A stretch of DNA of 35,186 nucleotides from positions 62,001 to 97,186 of the forward strand of contig JYFJ02000986.1 of assembly GCA_000934665.2 (NCBI GenBank), given 5' to 3'. The translations under genes were made by a program, and so were the position numbers. Source of the stretch: Catajapyx aquilonaris (Eukaryota). Below, piece after piece: positions 21,828-34,644 of the stretch. The notes under the pieces are model-generated. The model saw only the letters and a list, made by a program, of their open reading frames with translations. It ran no database searches and was not told where the DNA came from. How positions within the stretch are numbered: the stretch's first letter is position 1; every line of letters starts with the position of its first letter.

Positions 21828-24589
21828 GCCGCGATTGTCTTAGGGTAGGGGAGACCTCATCTTGATCATCGTTTATCTCGTTACCGGTTTACTGCCTGCA
21901 CATTTCTCCTCCCTACATTTACGACTTGTTTTGGGCCAATTAGTGCACTGCCGGACGGAAGGGTAACTAGTAAGGGACACCCTGTATAATAGCAGAACTC
22001 TTTGGTCACAATTGACAACAGAAGATGAATAACATGGTATTTTTCCTATACACTTTGGAGGTACCGGTATGAATGACCATTGTGGGATGGTGTAAGTAGG
22101 CGGGCCAAGAGTTGCATAAGTGAACGTTGCGGAGAGGCGGCTTACGTGAAATATGACCCTGGTTAATCAAGTTTGTTTTGGATTCTTCAGGGGATATTTG
22201 TTGGGGTGTACGTACGTGGTGCATGGGCAGGTTAGGTTAGGTCACGCCAGGTAAATGTGGTTTATAGGCATCTCTCTACAGAGCAAGAGTGTAGGCATTC
22301 TTTTCCTGAGTAAATGATGAATTAAATTTCATTTCCCCCATGTAAAGAATTCCAGCTTATAACGATACTTTTGGGCGGTCCCTTGAAGAGCGTTATATCG
22401 AAGTTTTACTGTAGATAAATTTCCAGGTTCTAAAATAAATTCGTGCCTCTATTTCTAGTGAATCGAAAGCCCAGCTCTTTCTCATTGACAGATCGACCTT
22501 CCCGCCCTGGCCTGTAAACCCCATCCCTCCACCCAAACTCCTTTCCCCTCCATTGCACTGGTGAAGTGGAGACGGAACGGTGGCGTAGCCAATGTCCCTC
22601 TCAGGCCCTCAGTTCTATCCGCTGATCGGACGGAGAATGTTGTTAGGTAAGGAAAGAGTTTCAGTGGATTGTCAGACTGTTCCGTTACTTCACATCTAAA
22701 TTGCACTTTTCCAAAACTTCCCCCCATGATTCATGGCCTTAGTCGCCTTGGCTCCCCAATAAGCGAAACCTATTGTGACGTATATGACTTGCTCAGTATT
22801 CAGAGAATTATGTGGTACTTGTAAAAGAATTCCACCCCCCCCCCCCCCTCATGAAAGACATTTATGGTCTCTTAATATGCTATCTCTTTCCGAATTATTT
22901 GTAATCTCGGTGATGATAGATGGAAAATTGAAAACAAAACAAAAAAATAGCTCGAGCACGGAGCGAACCCATCGAACCTATTTCCACATGAGAAAATCCT
23001 CTGTCCTATTCGGAAATCTAACTGGTGACCTGAGAAGTGGTATGGCTGTAACTTAAACCACTACTCCGCCGAAACGCCCATGAAATAAATAGTCTAGACT
23101 CAAGACCCACCGGGGTGGCTATAAACAATCTTATCTGTGGTTACTGATGGTATACTCCTGTAGTGGGTAACCCTAAGTTGTCCGCTTGTAATGTGCCCAA
23201 AAGCATGACATCTTTAAGACACGCAATCTCTCAATGCTCATTCGTCCCGATCCACATGTGGATGTTACAGTGCCTCAAAATCGCATGTAGACCTATTTAT
23301 GTTACCAAATGTGCCTAATCACAATAATTTATGGCAAAGAATTCTTTATCCAGGACTTAATCTATCATCGATATCCTGTTAAAATAAGAAGGGCGCAATG
23401 AAAAAATTAAAACAGTCGTATTTTTTAAACGTAGATATTGTGGATGACACCAGGTAAGAAGCCCTCATCAACAACACCTCCCTCCTTCGCCTGACCATAG
23501 ACTATGTCTCGGCACTTAAGGACCGAGTCAGGTGTCTCCCAAGATGGCGTCGTTGCGTGGAAAAGGGAGAGAGAGAGAGAGAAAAAGAGAAGCGTTAATC
23601 CAAGTGGGAAATTGCGGGGGCAGCCAAGAGGGCTTGTGGGAGACCCCTGGTGGCCATTAGGGATCGATGTAAATGAGCGGCTTGCATGCGGTGACATGAG
23701 TCTGGGCAGCAGGGATCAATGCGGACCCACAAGGACCAACCTTACTCATGCCCAGCCCGGACTGCAAATTCGAGATAGAGTAGGTAAAAAAAGGTACTGG
23801 AGAGTGGGAGGTGAGGGGGAAATGCGTTGTGATTCGTGTCACCAAAGGGAAACGTTTAACTACACGAGTCGGTTGAGCCAATGGGACACGCATCATGTGA
23901 CCAGCCAAAGGTGGTTTTACTCCTACTGCAGTCCAGATTTTATGGCCTTTCAGCACTCGCAAACTGGCAGCAGTGGGAATTTTACAGGCACCCAGGCAAA
24001 TGATGCAGTGTAGCCAGGTTCATGCTGCAAGAAAGCGATTCAAAAGAGGGCCACTGAGGTTAACTTTACTTCTAGGAGAGCTCCATGGATGGGATACGAA
24101 AATTCCCGAGCCAGTCAGAAGAGTTTCATTTGTGTCATTGGTGTGGCCTTCAGGACGCATCATATTCCACATGTGCCACCTCTGAGGAATGAGAGAAAGA
24201 TGTCCGCAGTTTCGAGGCAGTGGGATCGGTCAAAGCATTTGGGCTGGTCAGTGTGACTGCGGTTTTTCCCGGGGCCTGTTTCTGGGGGAGGGGGGGGGGG
24301 GNACTCCTGCTCCGAACAGGGCAGGGTACGGGGTTTGCTTTGGACCACCTCAAGAGAAATGTTGAACCTACCTCCGGGCCAATTTTTGATAACGTCGGCC
24401 AGGTAATTCGTTTGCAGCAGAGCACCTAAAATATCCCTTAATTTTGTTGCACAGTGTGTATCTGTTTGTAATCTACTACTCGTATATTGGTAGAACAGAA
24501 GTTCTTCATATTCCATACTGTCTTCTTTATTTCATCTGATGTTACTTAACTCTTTTGTTGGTCAGAATTTATTGGCCATTAAGATAATT

Positions 24590-25045
24590 GAAGGGTTTGG
24601 TGGAAAACCCGGATCCACTTTTGGCCAAAAATGAGTTATGGGTGATTCTGCCATCTTGTGGCCATTCTGCATCTTTCGGTATAAAAATCAGACCAGTCAT
24701 GTAGTCCAGTGAGGAAAATGTAGCCCTCCCAAGTGACCAGCGTACTGTCCAGAGCAAGGGGGTAATCACTTCGGTACTCCGGTGTACACCTGCGAGTAAT
24801 TTATTTGACATGTCTGGTTCTCATTCAGTGCTAAAACAAGACTTGTCCACATTATACTTCACTGTAGAATGTGTAATATGCATCGTACAAACTTCATATC
24901 CTGGTCCATATTGACCTTGGTATCATCATATTCAACAAAAAATTATCATTAGAAACATTTTCGAAATTTTCCGGGAATTCAGTTTTTCTTTGTGTTCTCG
25001 AAAGTAACAAAAGTGGACTTATCCTGTTTTTTCACCAAACCCTTC
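24590..25045. mobile_element. Sola1-like MITE
   Basis: AATT gaagggtttggtggaaaa ... ttttcaccaaacccttc AATT; AWWT-type flanks. Confidence 0.7.
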
Positions 25046-25050
25046 AATTA

Positions 25051-26381
25051 CACAGCGAAACAAAAAAAAATTGGCGTGTTACTCGGAAACCACTATGTAG
25101 GCTACATCATGTTAGTAGGACCCAAAGTAGCTGGGAAACGCCAGGGATTTCTCTCCCAAAATGTGCAGTGGGTCAGGGTGACCAAAAATCCGAAAAAACT
25201 CAAAATATTGACGTTTTTTGGCCTATTTCCAGGTCTGGCAACCACTGTAAGTTTCGGATTTTGTTTTTGCTGGCATTAGGTGTTACCTGGGTCTAGTCTG
25301 AAGCCACTATGGTGTTTAAAGTCAATCTTTTGTAGAAACTGTAGGTTTTCCAGGGTCCTTTTTATGGACAAAATTCCGTGTTTTGGTACTTTTTCGTCAA
25401 TTTTTGGGGAACAGTGTATGGACTTTTTTTTTAAAAAAAGTATAGCGTAATGGGCTCTTAAGAGACCTTACAATTAAGGAATAATAGTAGAACTTTCCTA
25501 TGCAACCCTAGTGCGCGTGTGCAAAAGCCTAATCTTGGGTAAAATCGCGTTTTTTTCGCATTTTTGGTGATTTGACTTTTTTCAACATTTAAAACCAAAT
25601 ATTCCACGGCTTTAAAATAAATGAATTCTTCTTAGTCTAACAAACTGTCAGGGACCCCCATAGTATGGAAAAAGACTGCGATTTCCATAAACAACCCATG
25701 TACGCGTACGCGTACAAAAAATAATACACGCGTACATGGGTTGCTTATGGAAATCGTAGTCTTTTTCCATACTATGGGGGTCCCTGACAGTTTGTTAGAC
25801 TAAGAAGAATTCATTTATTTTAAAGCCGAGGAATATTAGGTTTTAAACGTTGAAAAAAGTCGAATCACCAAAAATTCGAAAAAACGCGATTTTACCCAAG
25901 ATTAGGCTTTTGCACACGCGTACTAGGGTTGCATAGGAAAGTTCTACAATTATTCCTTGATTGTAGGGTCTCGTAAGAGCCCATTACGCTACATTTGTTT
26001 AAAAAAAAAGTCCATACACTGTTCCCCAAAAATTGACGAAAAAGTACCAAAAAACGGAATTTTGTCCATAAAAAGGACCCTGGAAAACCTACAGTTTCTA
26101 TAAAAGATTGACTTTAAACACCATAGTGGCTTCAGACTAGACCCAGGTAACACCTAATGCCAGCAAAAACAAAATCCGAAACTTACAGTGGTTGCCAGAC
26201 CTAGAAATAGGCCAAAAAACGTCAATATTTTGAATTTTTCGGATTTTTGGTCACCCTGACCCCCTGCACAGTTTGGGAGAGAAATCCCGGGCGTTTCCCA
26301 GCTACTTTGGGTCCTACTAACATGATGTAGCCTACATAGTGGTTTCCGAGTAACACGCCGATTTTTTTTTGTTGCACTGTG
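25051..26381. mobile_element. 1331-bp foldback element with CACAG(C/T)G termini (Chapaev/CMC-like)
   Basis: Arms of about 655 bp are reverse complements with scattered mismatches; loop about 20 bp near 25708-25727; flanks tta/tca. Confidence 0.9.
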
Positions 26382-28169
26382 TCATTTTTGCAGTTTCATA
26401 ATGCCGCATGCAATTATTCAAAAAGTAGCATATGGTATATTGTAGTGTTAGTAGCTAAAATTCTGCACATGATGTGCACTAAATATTAAATATTCAACAC
26501 TCAATGTTAGATTTAAATATTACACTATGCAAATATAAAAAAACCTAGTATAGTTTAGTATTTTGAGTAATGCATAGGTAGACACCGGTAGTATGCTTGC
26601 AAGAGTATCTGCCGCTCTCTCTGTCCTGCACAGCACTTGGAGTTCAAGTATGAATTTCCTGATGCTGATTCTTCTGACTAACCTGTAAATATTCTAGGCA
26701 ACTGGAGGAGTTTAACCAATACTGTTATTTCTCACTAACCGGTAAAATAATATTATAGTCACTTGGAGGAATTTAACAGTTGTTGATTCCTCTTCCAGGG
26801 GGGGGGGGGCACTTTATTTCGCAAAGTACCGCGTTGTATATAGTGTAATAGTTAAATTTAATATTGAGTGTTTGTCGTCTGAGATGGGCAGGGGTGGGGC
26901 ACTGGTTGTTTATAGGTTTATTTTTACAAGTTTTCATTTAGTTCATATTTTGGGTTAGCTTGCGGTTCCCGTCATCGCTGACTACCCCTTATAGGGAAAT
27001 GTCGTGATGGTGGTGATGATGAGTAGCTAAAATAATATTCCGCGTAATTAAACAACCTATAATATTGTATAACTTCAAATATTTAGCAGTGTTTTATGAC
27101 AGTTTTAAACTCTAAAGTCCGTCAATTTTGGGATTCTACGCCGAGAAGAATAAGCAGTCACTAAATTTTATATAATGCAAATCATACCCTTTTCACTGTA
27201 GGGCAGAGCTTCCCAAACTTTTTCTCTGGAGACCTAACCCAAAAATTGTTCAAAATTCATGATCCCACTCTCCTCCCTCGTCTCTCCACCCCCACTAACA
27301 TTGTACCATTCCTGCCAACAAACTGCAGGATGTAAGAGACGAAATGCAGCTTTATGATGAATCCCTTAAAAATTAATCATAATGTACTCTCAAAAATAAT
27401 AAGGCAGCTAATCTTCACTTTCTCATAAGCATTGTTGGATAGCGTTTTTATCATAACAATACTTACTGACATTTACAACTCCAAATATCACTAACGAGAC
27501 CCAAACTTTGAACGTTTTTACGTAGATCCTATAACATAGCAAAATCATTTTAGCAGGACTTGTAATATTCGTATATGGACCATATACTTTCACACGGGGT
27601 ATTATTAGCCACAATGTCCACTAAAACGATGTTCGAACCGGCCGAGGCCCTGAGATATTAATCCCTAAACACAAAATACTCTGTTAAAAAATTCAGCATT
27701 ATTCTGATTCATCGGAATGCGCCTGCTTTTGACGTCATTGCAAATCATTGTTAAAAACTGAATGTTTAGGAAAATAAGTACATGTACTTGGTCTCGTAGA
27801 GCACGGATTTATGACTGCTAACAGAATATCAATAATAGGTAGGCCTACTTGTTTCATTGAAATCGGAGAAATTTCAACTGGTAACATTCCGCAAATTTTC
27901 ACAAATTTTGAAGTTCAATTAGGCATACAAAACGGAGGCAGTCCGAGGCAGTAATGGAATTGGATTTAAGTTGACCTGAGGATAATAGGGAAACTATCCA
28001 GTACGTATTCAGCTGCAGCGATCCGCAGCTGAAGGAAATATTCTACGATATTCACTTTCAGGGGCCACTTCATATTCTTTGTGCACTGAATTACTACAGT
28101 ATTGGTATTACGGTGCGACTCCACTTCACAAAATGCTACCTTGGGACATAAATTAGTCCCAAAGGAACT

Positions 28170-28875
28170 GGAGAAACATTACTTTCACCTACTTGTACCA
28201 CTTATTCTACATAGGCCTATTATTAAATAATTCTATCGTATTATACTGTACTATTTATTCCACGACATCTCAAATTTGACGGTGTTCTTGATACAGGCTC
28301 TTGGTCTCGGTTCAGTATAGCCTAAAATCAAAATCATTGTCCACCAATATATGGTCAAATATTATTTTCACATATCCGTACTTATAATGTAGATTCTATA
28401 AGCTCTTGAATTCGATGGTCATTTTATGGTACACCCTGTATGTTCTGGTTCAAAGCAACCTAAAATTATGAAAATTAGGACCGCGAAAACATCGGGAAAT
28501 GTTATTTTACCTACTTGTAATGCTTATTATACACGTTCTTAAATTCCATAGTGAGTTTTTAGTACACCCTGTAGGTATAGGTTCAAAATAACCTACAAAT
28601 CGAAATCAGCGACCGTAAAAACAGGGGAAACATTAGTTTCACCTACTTGTACCGCTTATTCTGCAGATTATTAAATGATATCCTGTTTTTGGTACATCCT
28701 GTAGGTCTCAGCAGTGACCTTAAACGTAGGGTAACATCACAAACCTATTCATTCCGCTTATTCTACAGAATGATTCTTAAATTCGATCGTGTTTTTGGTA
28801 CACCCTGTAGGTCTATGTTCAAAATAACCTAAAAATTGAAACCAGCGACCCTTAAAACATGGGGAGACATGTTTT
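28170..28875. repeat. Degenerate tandem array, units about 105-135 bp
   Basis: Recurring ttcacctacttgta, ggtacaccctgta (near 28428, 28561, 28691, 28797), gttcaaaataacctaa and cagcgacc..taaaaca. Confidence 0.8.
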
Positions 28876-29388
28876 TACGTAATTAAAAGGTTTAGTTTAG
28901 GAACTATCATGTTCTTTCTTGTTTTTTCTGATATTGACCACTGTGGGAGGTGGGGAGGAGCCTGGCGATGCGTGTAAAAATAAGCGTGACTGATGTATCG
29001 GCGCGAGTATCGGTTTTGCGGGCGCAATTTGATGTGAGTGATAGGAACAAACAATGCGGAAAGGTAGCATCGCATAAGTTGATTTATAAACGCTGTTGGC
29101 GCCGCTTGTTTTTTGGTCGGCCTGGTCGGGGGCTCTACACGCAAACAGCTCCACGACACACACCAGAGCTTTTATTCACAATCCCCCACCCCCCACCTCC
29201 ACCTCCCTCGTATCCGAACAATGCCAAATTAGCATAGCAGCTCAATAACCTAAACCACACTTTTTTTTTAGCACAGAGGCTCCAGATAATTTATTTTAGA
29301 TTGTACCCTTTCCGTGCAGGCCGATCTCCATCAACGATGAGTCTTTGTCAACTGTTATCGCTGCTCTTAGTCGCTCTACGTGTATGTA

Positions 29389-29428
29389 GGGGGAGTGGGA
29401 GGGGGAAGAGCGGGTAGGGGGAAGGGGG
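29389..29428 (+). other. Potential G-quadruplex
   Basis: Six G-runs of 3-5 nt with loops of 1-6 nt. Confidence 0.55.
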
Positions 29429-29827
29429 CATCGCGTGACCTGTCCTGTAGTGCTAATCGGGTTGCCCCCGTAATAAGCAGGGACCTTTGCCACTTCAGCA
29501 CCATTGTCATGTGATTATCTCGTCACGAGGAGTAATGCCCCTGCCTGTCTGACTGCCACGTTCCTGACTCTACACTGACGACCTCACGTGTGTTACACAG
29601 AATTACTCGCAGGCGACTTCCGAGCCCTTATTAACATAAAGGCCGTGTAAGCCCGACATTATCTGCTGATAGTTTGTAAACAGTGTATTCGGAGAATCGA
29701 GACCATTGTTATTGGATTTTATGTGTGCCTAAATTCTTTTGGACTCGCAGCCCTATTACTTGTACAGATTGCTGATTGCTCAATCTACAACTTATGTCGG
29801 ACAATGCGCACGGATGACTTTGTATTA

Positions 29828-30126
29828 ATAATAATAATAATAATAATTCATACCCCGTTATCAGCCTATCGGCTCTTTAGGGGGGAAGTTTTGTTTTGCC
29901 TGGAACTCTTTGCTTTCATTTTACTGCGCTTTTTGGGATATGATAGGGACGGAAGGATGCGGCTGTGGCCTATTAATTACGGAAGCAACTCCGGAATTTC
30001 CCTGGGGGGACCGTGGGAAACCACAGAAAACCACGGTCAGAGTTGCCGGCCCCGGGATTCGAACCCAGGACCTCCCGATTAGCAGTCGGACGCCTTATCC
30101 TTATCCACTATGCCAACCTGCTTCGG
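29828..30126 (-). mobile_element. Full-length tRNA-derived SINE, family B
   Basis: Minus-strand B box ggttcgaatccc, (ATT)n tail, exact 16-bp TSD ggatgactttgtatta at 29812-29827 and 30127-30142. Confidence 0.92.
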
Positions 30127-30415
30127 GGATGACTTTGTATTATAAGGGTGAAGGGTCCCTCTTATGGCCGGTTGTATCAACGCGAGTTAAATTAGGAGAA
30201 AACCGAGGTTTCAAAACCGGGGGTTTTCAGAAAACGCAAGATGTATACTGTACCGTATATTTCGAGGATAATTATTCACCCCAAAATACGCTCAAAAATG
30301 ACTAGATGTCGAAATATGGCCGCGTTCGAACGAGAAAACCACGGGTTTTCCTCCTTAATGACCACCTTTTAATTTAACATTATTCGAATATGGTACAACA
30401 AACAGCAAAATAATA

Positions 30416-30690
30416 CCGAAGCAGTTGATGTAGGAGTCCGACTGCTAATTGGGAGGTCCTGGGTTCGAATCCCGGTGCCGGCAACTCTAACCGTGGTTTT
30501 CTGTGGTTTCCCACGGTTCCTCCAGGAGAATTCCGGAGTTGTTTCCGTAAAAATAGGCCACAGCTGCTTCCTTCCGTCCCTATTCTATCCCAAAAAGCTA
30601 AGTAAAAGTGAAAGCAAAGAGCTCCAGACAAAAAAAATCCCCCCTAAAGAGCCGCCGGCTGATAACGGGGTACGAAAAAAAATATATATA
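30416..30690 (+). mobile_element. tRNA-derived SINE, family B, second copy in opposite orientation
   Basis: gggaggtcctgggttcgaatcccgg...ccgtggttttctgtggtttcccacgg...gataacggggta; reverse-complement match to 29850-30126. Confidence 0.9.
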
Positions 30691-30847
30691 AAACTTGTCC
30701 GGTATATACCGTCAAAGAGAATACAAATCGATGCATTCACGGTCAAGTCCAGATTCCTGACAAACTATGCCAGAATTCATAATAATTATTATGATGTTAC
30801 ACATTATTAAGGTTTCCAGAATTGCAAATTTTGTCCTGCTTCTCCAG

Positions 30848-30890
30848 CATCGCTACTGTCTGGAAGCCTCTCCTTCACAGTATCCTGCAT
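30848..30890 (+). other. Candidate 43-nt exon
   Basis: Pyrimidine-rich acceptor ttttgtcctgcttctccag, all three frames open, donor GTACGT. Confidence 0.25.
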
Positions 30891-32170
30891 GTACGTGAAA
30901 ATATCCCTTCTAGGAATGCTTAAGCGTTTTCAAGCTGTACTCTTCTGTATCTCACAAAAAGGTTATGGCAAAAGTACGTATTTTATTATTTTCACGATGA
31001 CAAAGTGCTGATGGCTGTACAATGCCCGGATACCATTGGACAAAACTGTTTTTGACATAGTACGTCAATGGGCCAAAAGGCTGCTCATTTTCAAACGTTT
31101 TTCTGATTTTGCTAGCGACGTTTTCATGTCACCCTTGCTTGTGAAATATTTGTGTAATAATCCGTGTTAATTTCCTGGCGTCTCCATTTTGCTTACATTG
31201 ACATGATGGAATTTCATCAGGACAAAAGAAAAGGCAGTGGTAGTACTCACCAGACCGTGTTCCGCAACTAGATAAAGTTATGATTAGTCCATTTCATTCC
31301 CACCGAACTCCTGAATTGCATTTCCAGCCAACCTCCTCTCTCGGCCCATCCACCACCCCTAAACCGAATTCACGACACATTGCACTCTCGTTTTTGTAGT
31401 CTGTATGATGCAATGCACTGAGGCCTTCGTGCACCAGACCTGAATCCCTACTGGGACAGCATAGCCAATGATAAGTTACTGCAGGTTTCACAATGAGTAC
31501 GCAGATAAGGATCCCAGCTCAAGAACAAACAGATGGAAAGGGACAGTCACATGAGGTTTTAGTAGACTCAGTACAGTCAAGTGCAGTAGGCCAACAAGCG
31601 AGTATTGAAGGATCTTTAGTTACACTTTCCTGAAGCCGCACCTTGTTAGAGCGCCGTGGTATTAGATTACTCAAATATTTCGCTCATCAGGCCTACCAGT
31701 GAGACCTACCTCAATTAAAGAAGCATGGAAAGTTTAGAACCACTTTTAGAGTGCGTGAACTTTCCTGATCATTTTTCGATTAGCAGATCTGAAAACCAAT
31801 CAACTCGCACATATTATATTGATGAAGTCAAATTCTGAAACACTACATCGCCATTGAGCAGGTGTTCTGAACGGTGTAAATAATTTTTCTTATTATATAT
31901 TGGTTCCTACTTTATACGGTCAATCGTGGAAAGATGTTGATTTTGGATAGTAATAAACTATTTCCTAAACCAAGTAGCATTTCATGGGCCTAGAATAATT
32001 ATTATCGATGTAACAGGATGAATTTAAGTCAAAATGGCTTGGAGAGTTAGATTTTTTTTTGCCATTTTTATGCCAATATTTAAAATTATACATTTACCCA
32101 TTTCTTATTTTTCGCCAAAAGCAGTACTGCACTGTACATCACAAGATATGTATGATTGTGCTGACCTTAA

Positions 32171-32596
32171 AGGGACACTCCACTCAAAATACAAGTTGGC
32201 CCCCAAAAATCGGGCAAAAAATCCTGATTCCGAATGTGCAATCGTTTTTTTTCTACGCCCAACGGTAACACGGAAAATCATATATCTACACACGTCGTCT
32301 CGCGTCGTCTGCTAAGAAGGGCGATACAACAGCATCTCGCGGCAAACCGGAGAAGTAGAGAAGGTGCTCAGCAAACAACTGCCGCGCCAGGATGCCTTCT
32401 CTAGTTCCGCCCGGTTCCACTCTGGTGGCGTCGCCACCTGCGCCCACCTGCCCCGCGCGCGGTTTTCGAACGACTCACTTCCAGCTTTCACACTGGCCTT
32501 ACCGTTCGTCTCTAAGAAAAACTGCTTATACCCTTGGAATCAGGATTTTTTGCCCGATTTTTAGAACCCAACTTGTATTTTGAGTGGAGTGTCCCT
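32171..32596. mobile_element. Kolobok-like MITE
   Basis: TTAA agggacactccactcaaaatacaagttgg...ccaacttgtattttgagtggagtgtccct TTAA; TIRs about 60 bp. Confidence 0.85.
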
Positions 32597-32918
32597 TTAA
32601 AATGAGGAAATACCGGTACTTTGGTCACCAGCAATGCTCACGTTAATTGAATTTATTACAATTTTATGAACTATGTGCAATGGAAGCAGTGAGAACCAGA
32701 AGTCCATTTTTGGCGATTTTGAGATAAGGGCAAATTCTAGGCCTCCATCAGGCATATTTCCCGAGAAAAATGTTTTATCCTAGTCAGATGTTTACAAGTC
32801 CCCATTTCAGACTGGGATACTCTTAGCACTGAAGAGAAAATTCGTGCCCGATGTTGATAAGTCCAAAAAGGGTCTTCATAAAAAATGTATTTAGAATAAT
32901 TATTGTCATCACATTCAG

Positions 32919-33399
32919 CGCCGGTTTATTACTACATAGTTCTAACTCCTATTTTGAGAAAAAGTGACGTAAGAGGTGCACCTACTTCTAACTACATCGG
33001 CCTATCCAAAAAACTGGTCAGGATGCATTTCGCCGGTTTATTACAACATAGTTCTAACTCCAAGTACTGACTTAAGAGGTGCAACTCCACATTGCCACTT
33101 TTCGTTAGTGTTATGAAGTTCTAACTCGGGAGTTAGACTTTTGTAATTCTGAAAAAATTCAAATTAGGTAATTTAAAAGGTTCTAACTCCACCATTGTTG
33201 CTGCTGTTACAGACAACGACAATGACATTGGCACAGTGAAACACAAAATATGAGTAGGGTATGTAAGCCACAGTATTGCAAAATTTAACTCATTACGTTT
33301 GAATGTTCATGGTCTAATAGTTGTACTGTGCAAACTTTGGATTCAAATATCTCCGCTTCATCAAAAGTGGAGTTAGAACTATGTAGTAATGGACCGGCG
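32919..33399. mobile_element. MITE with a duplicated left end
   Basis: cgccggtttattactacatagttctaactcc / ggagttagaactatgtagtaatggaccggcg; left end repeated at about 33031; gttctaactc recurs internally. Confidence 0.75.
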
Positions 33400-33572
33400 T
33401 CAGGCCTAATAAAGGGACTAAAATGAATTTAGGAGATATTATTTCCCTGCATTTCCTCATTTAAGTGGTTAAAAATTAAAATTAAAATTTCTACAAGCCA
33501 GAAGTTGCTAAGTCCAAGACGGATATTATTATTTTTTTCTCCTGCAGTGTAGTCACTAGATACTCCATATTT

Positions 33573-34201
33573 GAATGACCCAGAATGGAAAGGGCATAAG
33601 TCCATGAGACAAAATTTTACAGGGGAGACAAAAAACTTTAATGCGGCATTGTAAATTCGTCAAGGTGGTCGGACTCGCGGGAATGTTGATCTTAGTCGAC
33701 ATTGGCATCATGTTGAGCAGAGTTCGGTGGAAAACGCGTCATGACAGATGCGTGAGAGCGATTTAAAGGGACGGGACTTACGTCCCTTTCATTCTGAAAG
33801 ATGGCAGGATGAGAAAATCTGTGCCGTTCTGTCACATGATAACATAAGTAACACAAAATAATACATTATTTTGTGTTACTTATGTTATAGGGACGTAAGT
33901 CCCGTCCCTTTACTTCAACATTTTCCTGAATACATGTAGGTATTTACCGGATAATGACACGATGGACAAAGTGCATTTTCATTCCGAAGCAGCAATTTCA
34001 GCATGGAAAAGGTGTAAGTCTAGATCTTCCCCCTTTGCCATTCTGGAGGCAATTCTGACATGCTAAAATATAGCATATGGGTGGGGACTTTCGCTCCCTC
34101 TCATACTGGATCTTATGCCCTCCATGCTGAAGAGTTTCCTTCCGCGAAAAAGTCATTTTGACCAAAAGGTGGACTTATGCCCTTTCCATTCTGGGTCATT
34201 C
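33573..34201. mobile_element. Sola1-like MITE
   Basis: Perfect TIRs gaatgacccagaatggaaagggcataagtcca / tggacttatgccctttccattctgggtcattc; ATTT TSD at 33569-33572 and 34202-34205. Confidence 0.85.
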
Positions 34202-34644
34202 ATTTACATTACATTAACTTACAATCGTAGTGATATCACACAAAAATGACTGAGACTCTAATGTCAACGAAAGGTACGTCAAACAATATGTGAAAGTTGA
34301 ATCTTTCAAACTGTTCTCCTGAAAAATGGAAAAAATTGACTTAACTCCTTCTGGTTCTCATTGCAGCAATTCAGAAATTTGACCCCTTTCTAGCATTGTC
34401 GTAACAACAATGAAATTTTCTCAACATGCCCTGAAACCTCCTGTGGCTATAGGCTATTTTATAAATTCGTATTACAAAATTGCATTTTTCAAATTCCGAG
34501 TTCTAAGTCGGTGTTTCCAGGCAAAACCTACGGAAGCCCTGAAGGGTCACGACACACACACTTACAACAATACACACACACACGCACACCCATGTTATAA
34601 TGTGCTATCCTTGTGAGGGTCTGGCAAAAATAAAAATTTGAAAC

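Larger units (their letters stand above)
16030..22004. mobile_element. P-like MITE (same family as 13710-14002) expanded by nested insertions
   Basis: caaatagttctgatat / atagcagaactctttg ends; exact 8-bp TSD GTCACAAT at 16022-16029 and 22005-22012. Confidence 0.85.
15852..22411. mobile_element. pogo/Tigger-like MITE, outermost shell of the large nest
   Basis: TA cagtaaaacctcgatatgacgctc ... gagcgttatatcgaagttttactg TA. Confidence 0.8.

Noticed and set aside
23439..24171. Possible solo LTR (TGTGGA...TCCACA) and the 169-aa ORF at 23504
   Set aside because: No matching TSD; the ORF crosses a GA microsatellite and has no recognisable domain.
26340..26381. True RAG recombination signal
   Set aside because: The heptamer is present but there is no nonamer at 12- or 23-bp spacing and no transposase in the window.
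31243..31540. Minus-strand exon ending at a GTGAGT donor
   Set aside because: All frames from plausible acceptors contain stops; a non-coding exon cannot be supported without RNA data.
31650..31715. Minus-strand CTGATGAGCGAAA resembling a minimal hammerhead ribozyme core
   Set aside because: I could not form stems I and III with a valid NUH cleavage site, and stem II is only 2 nt.
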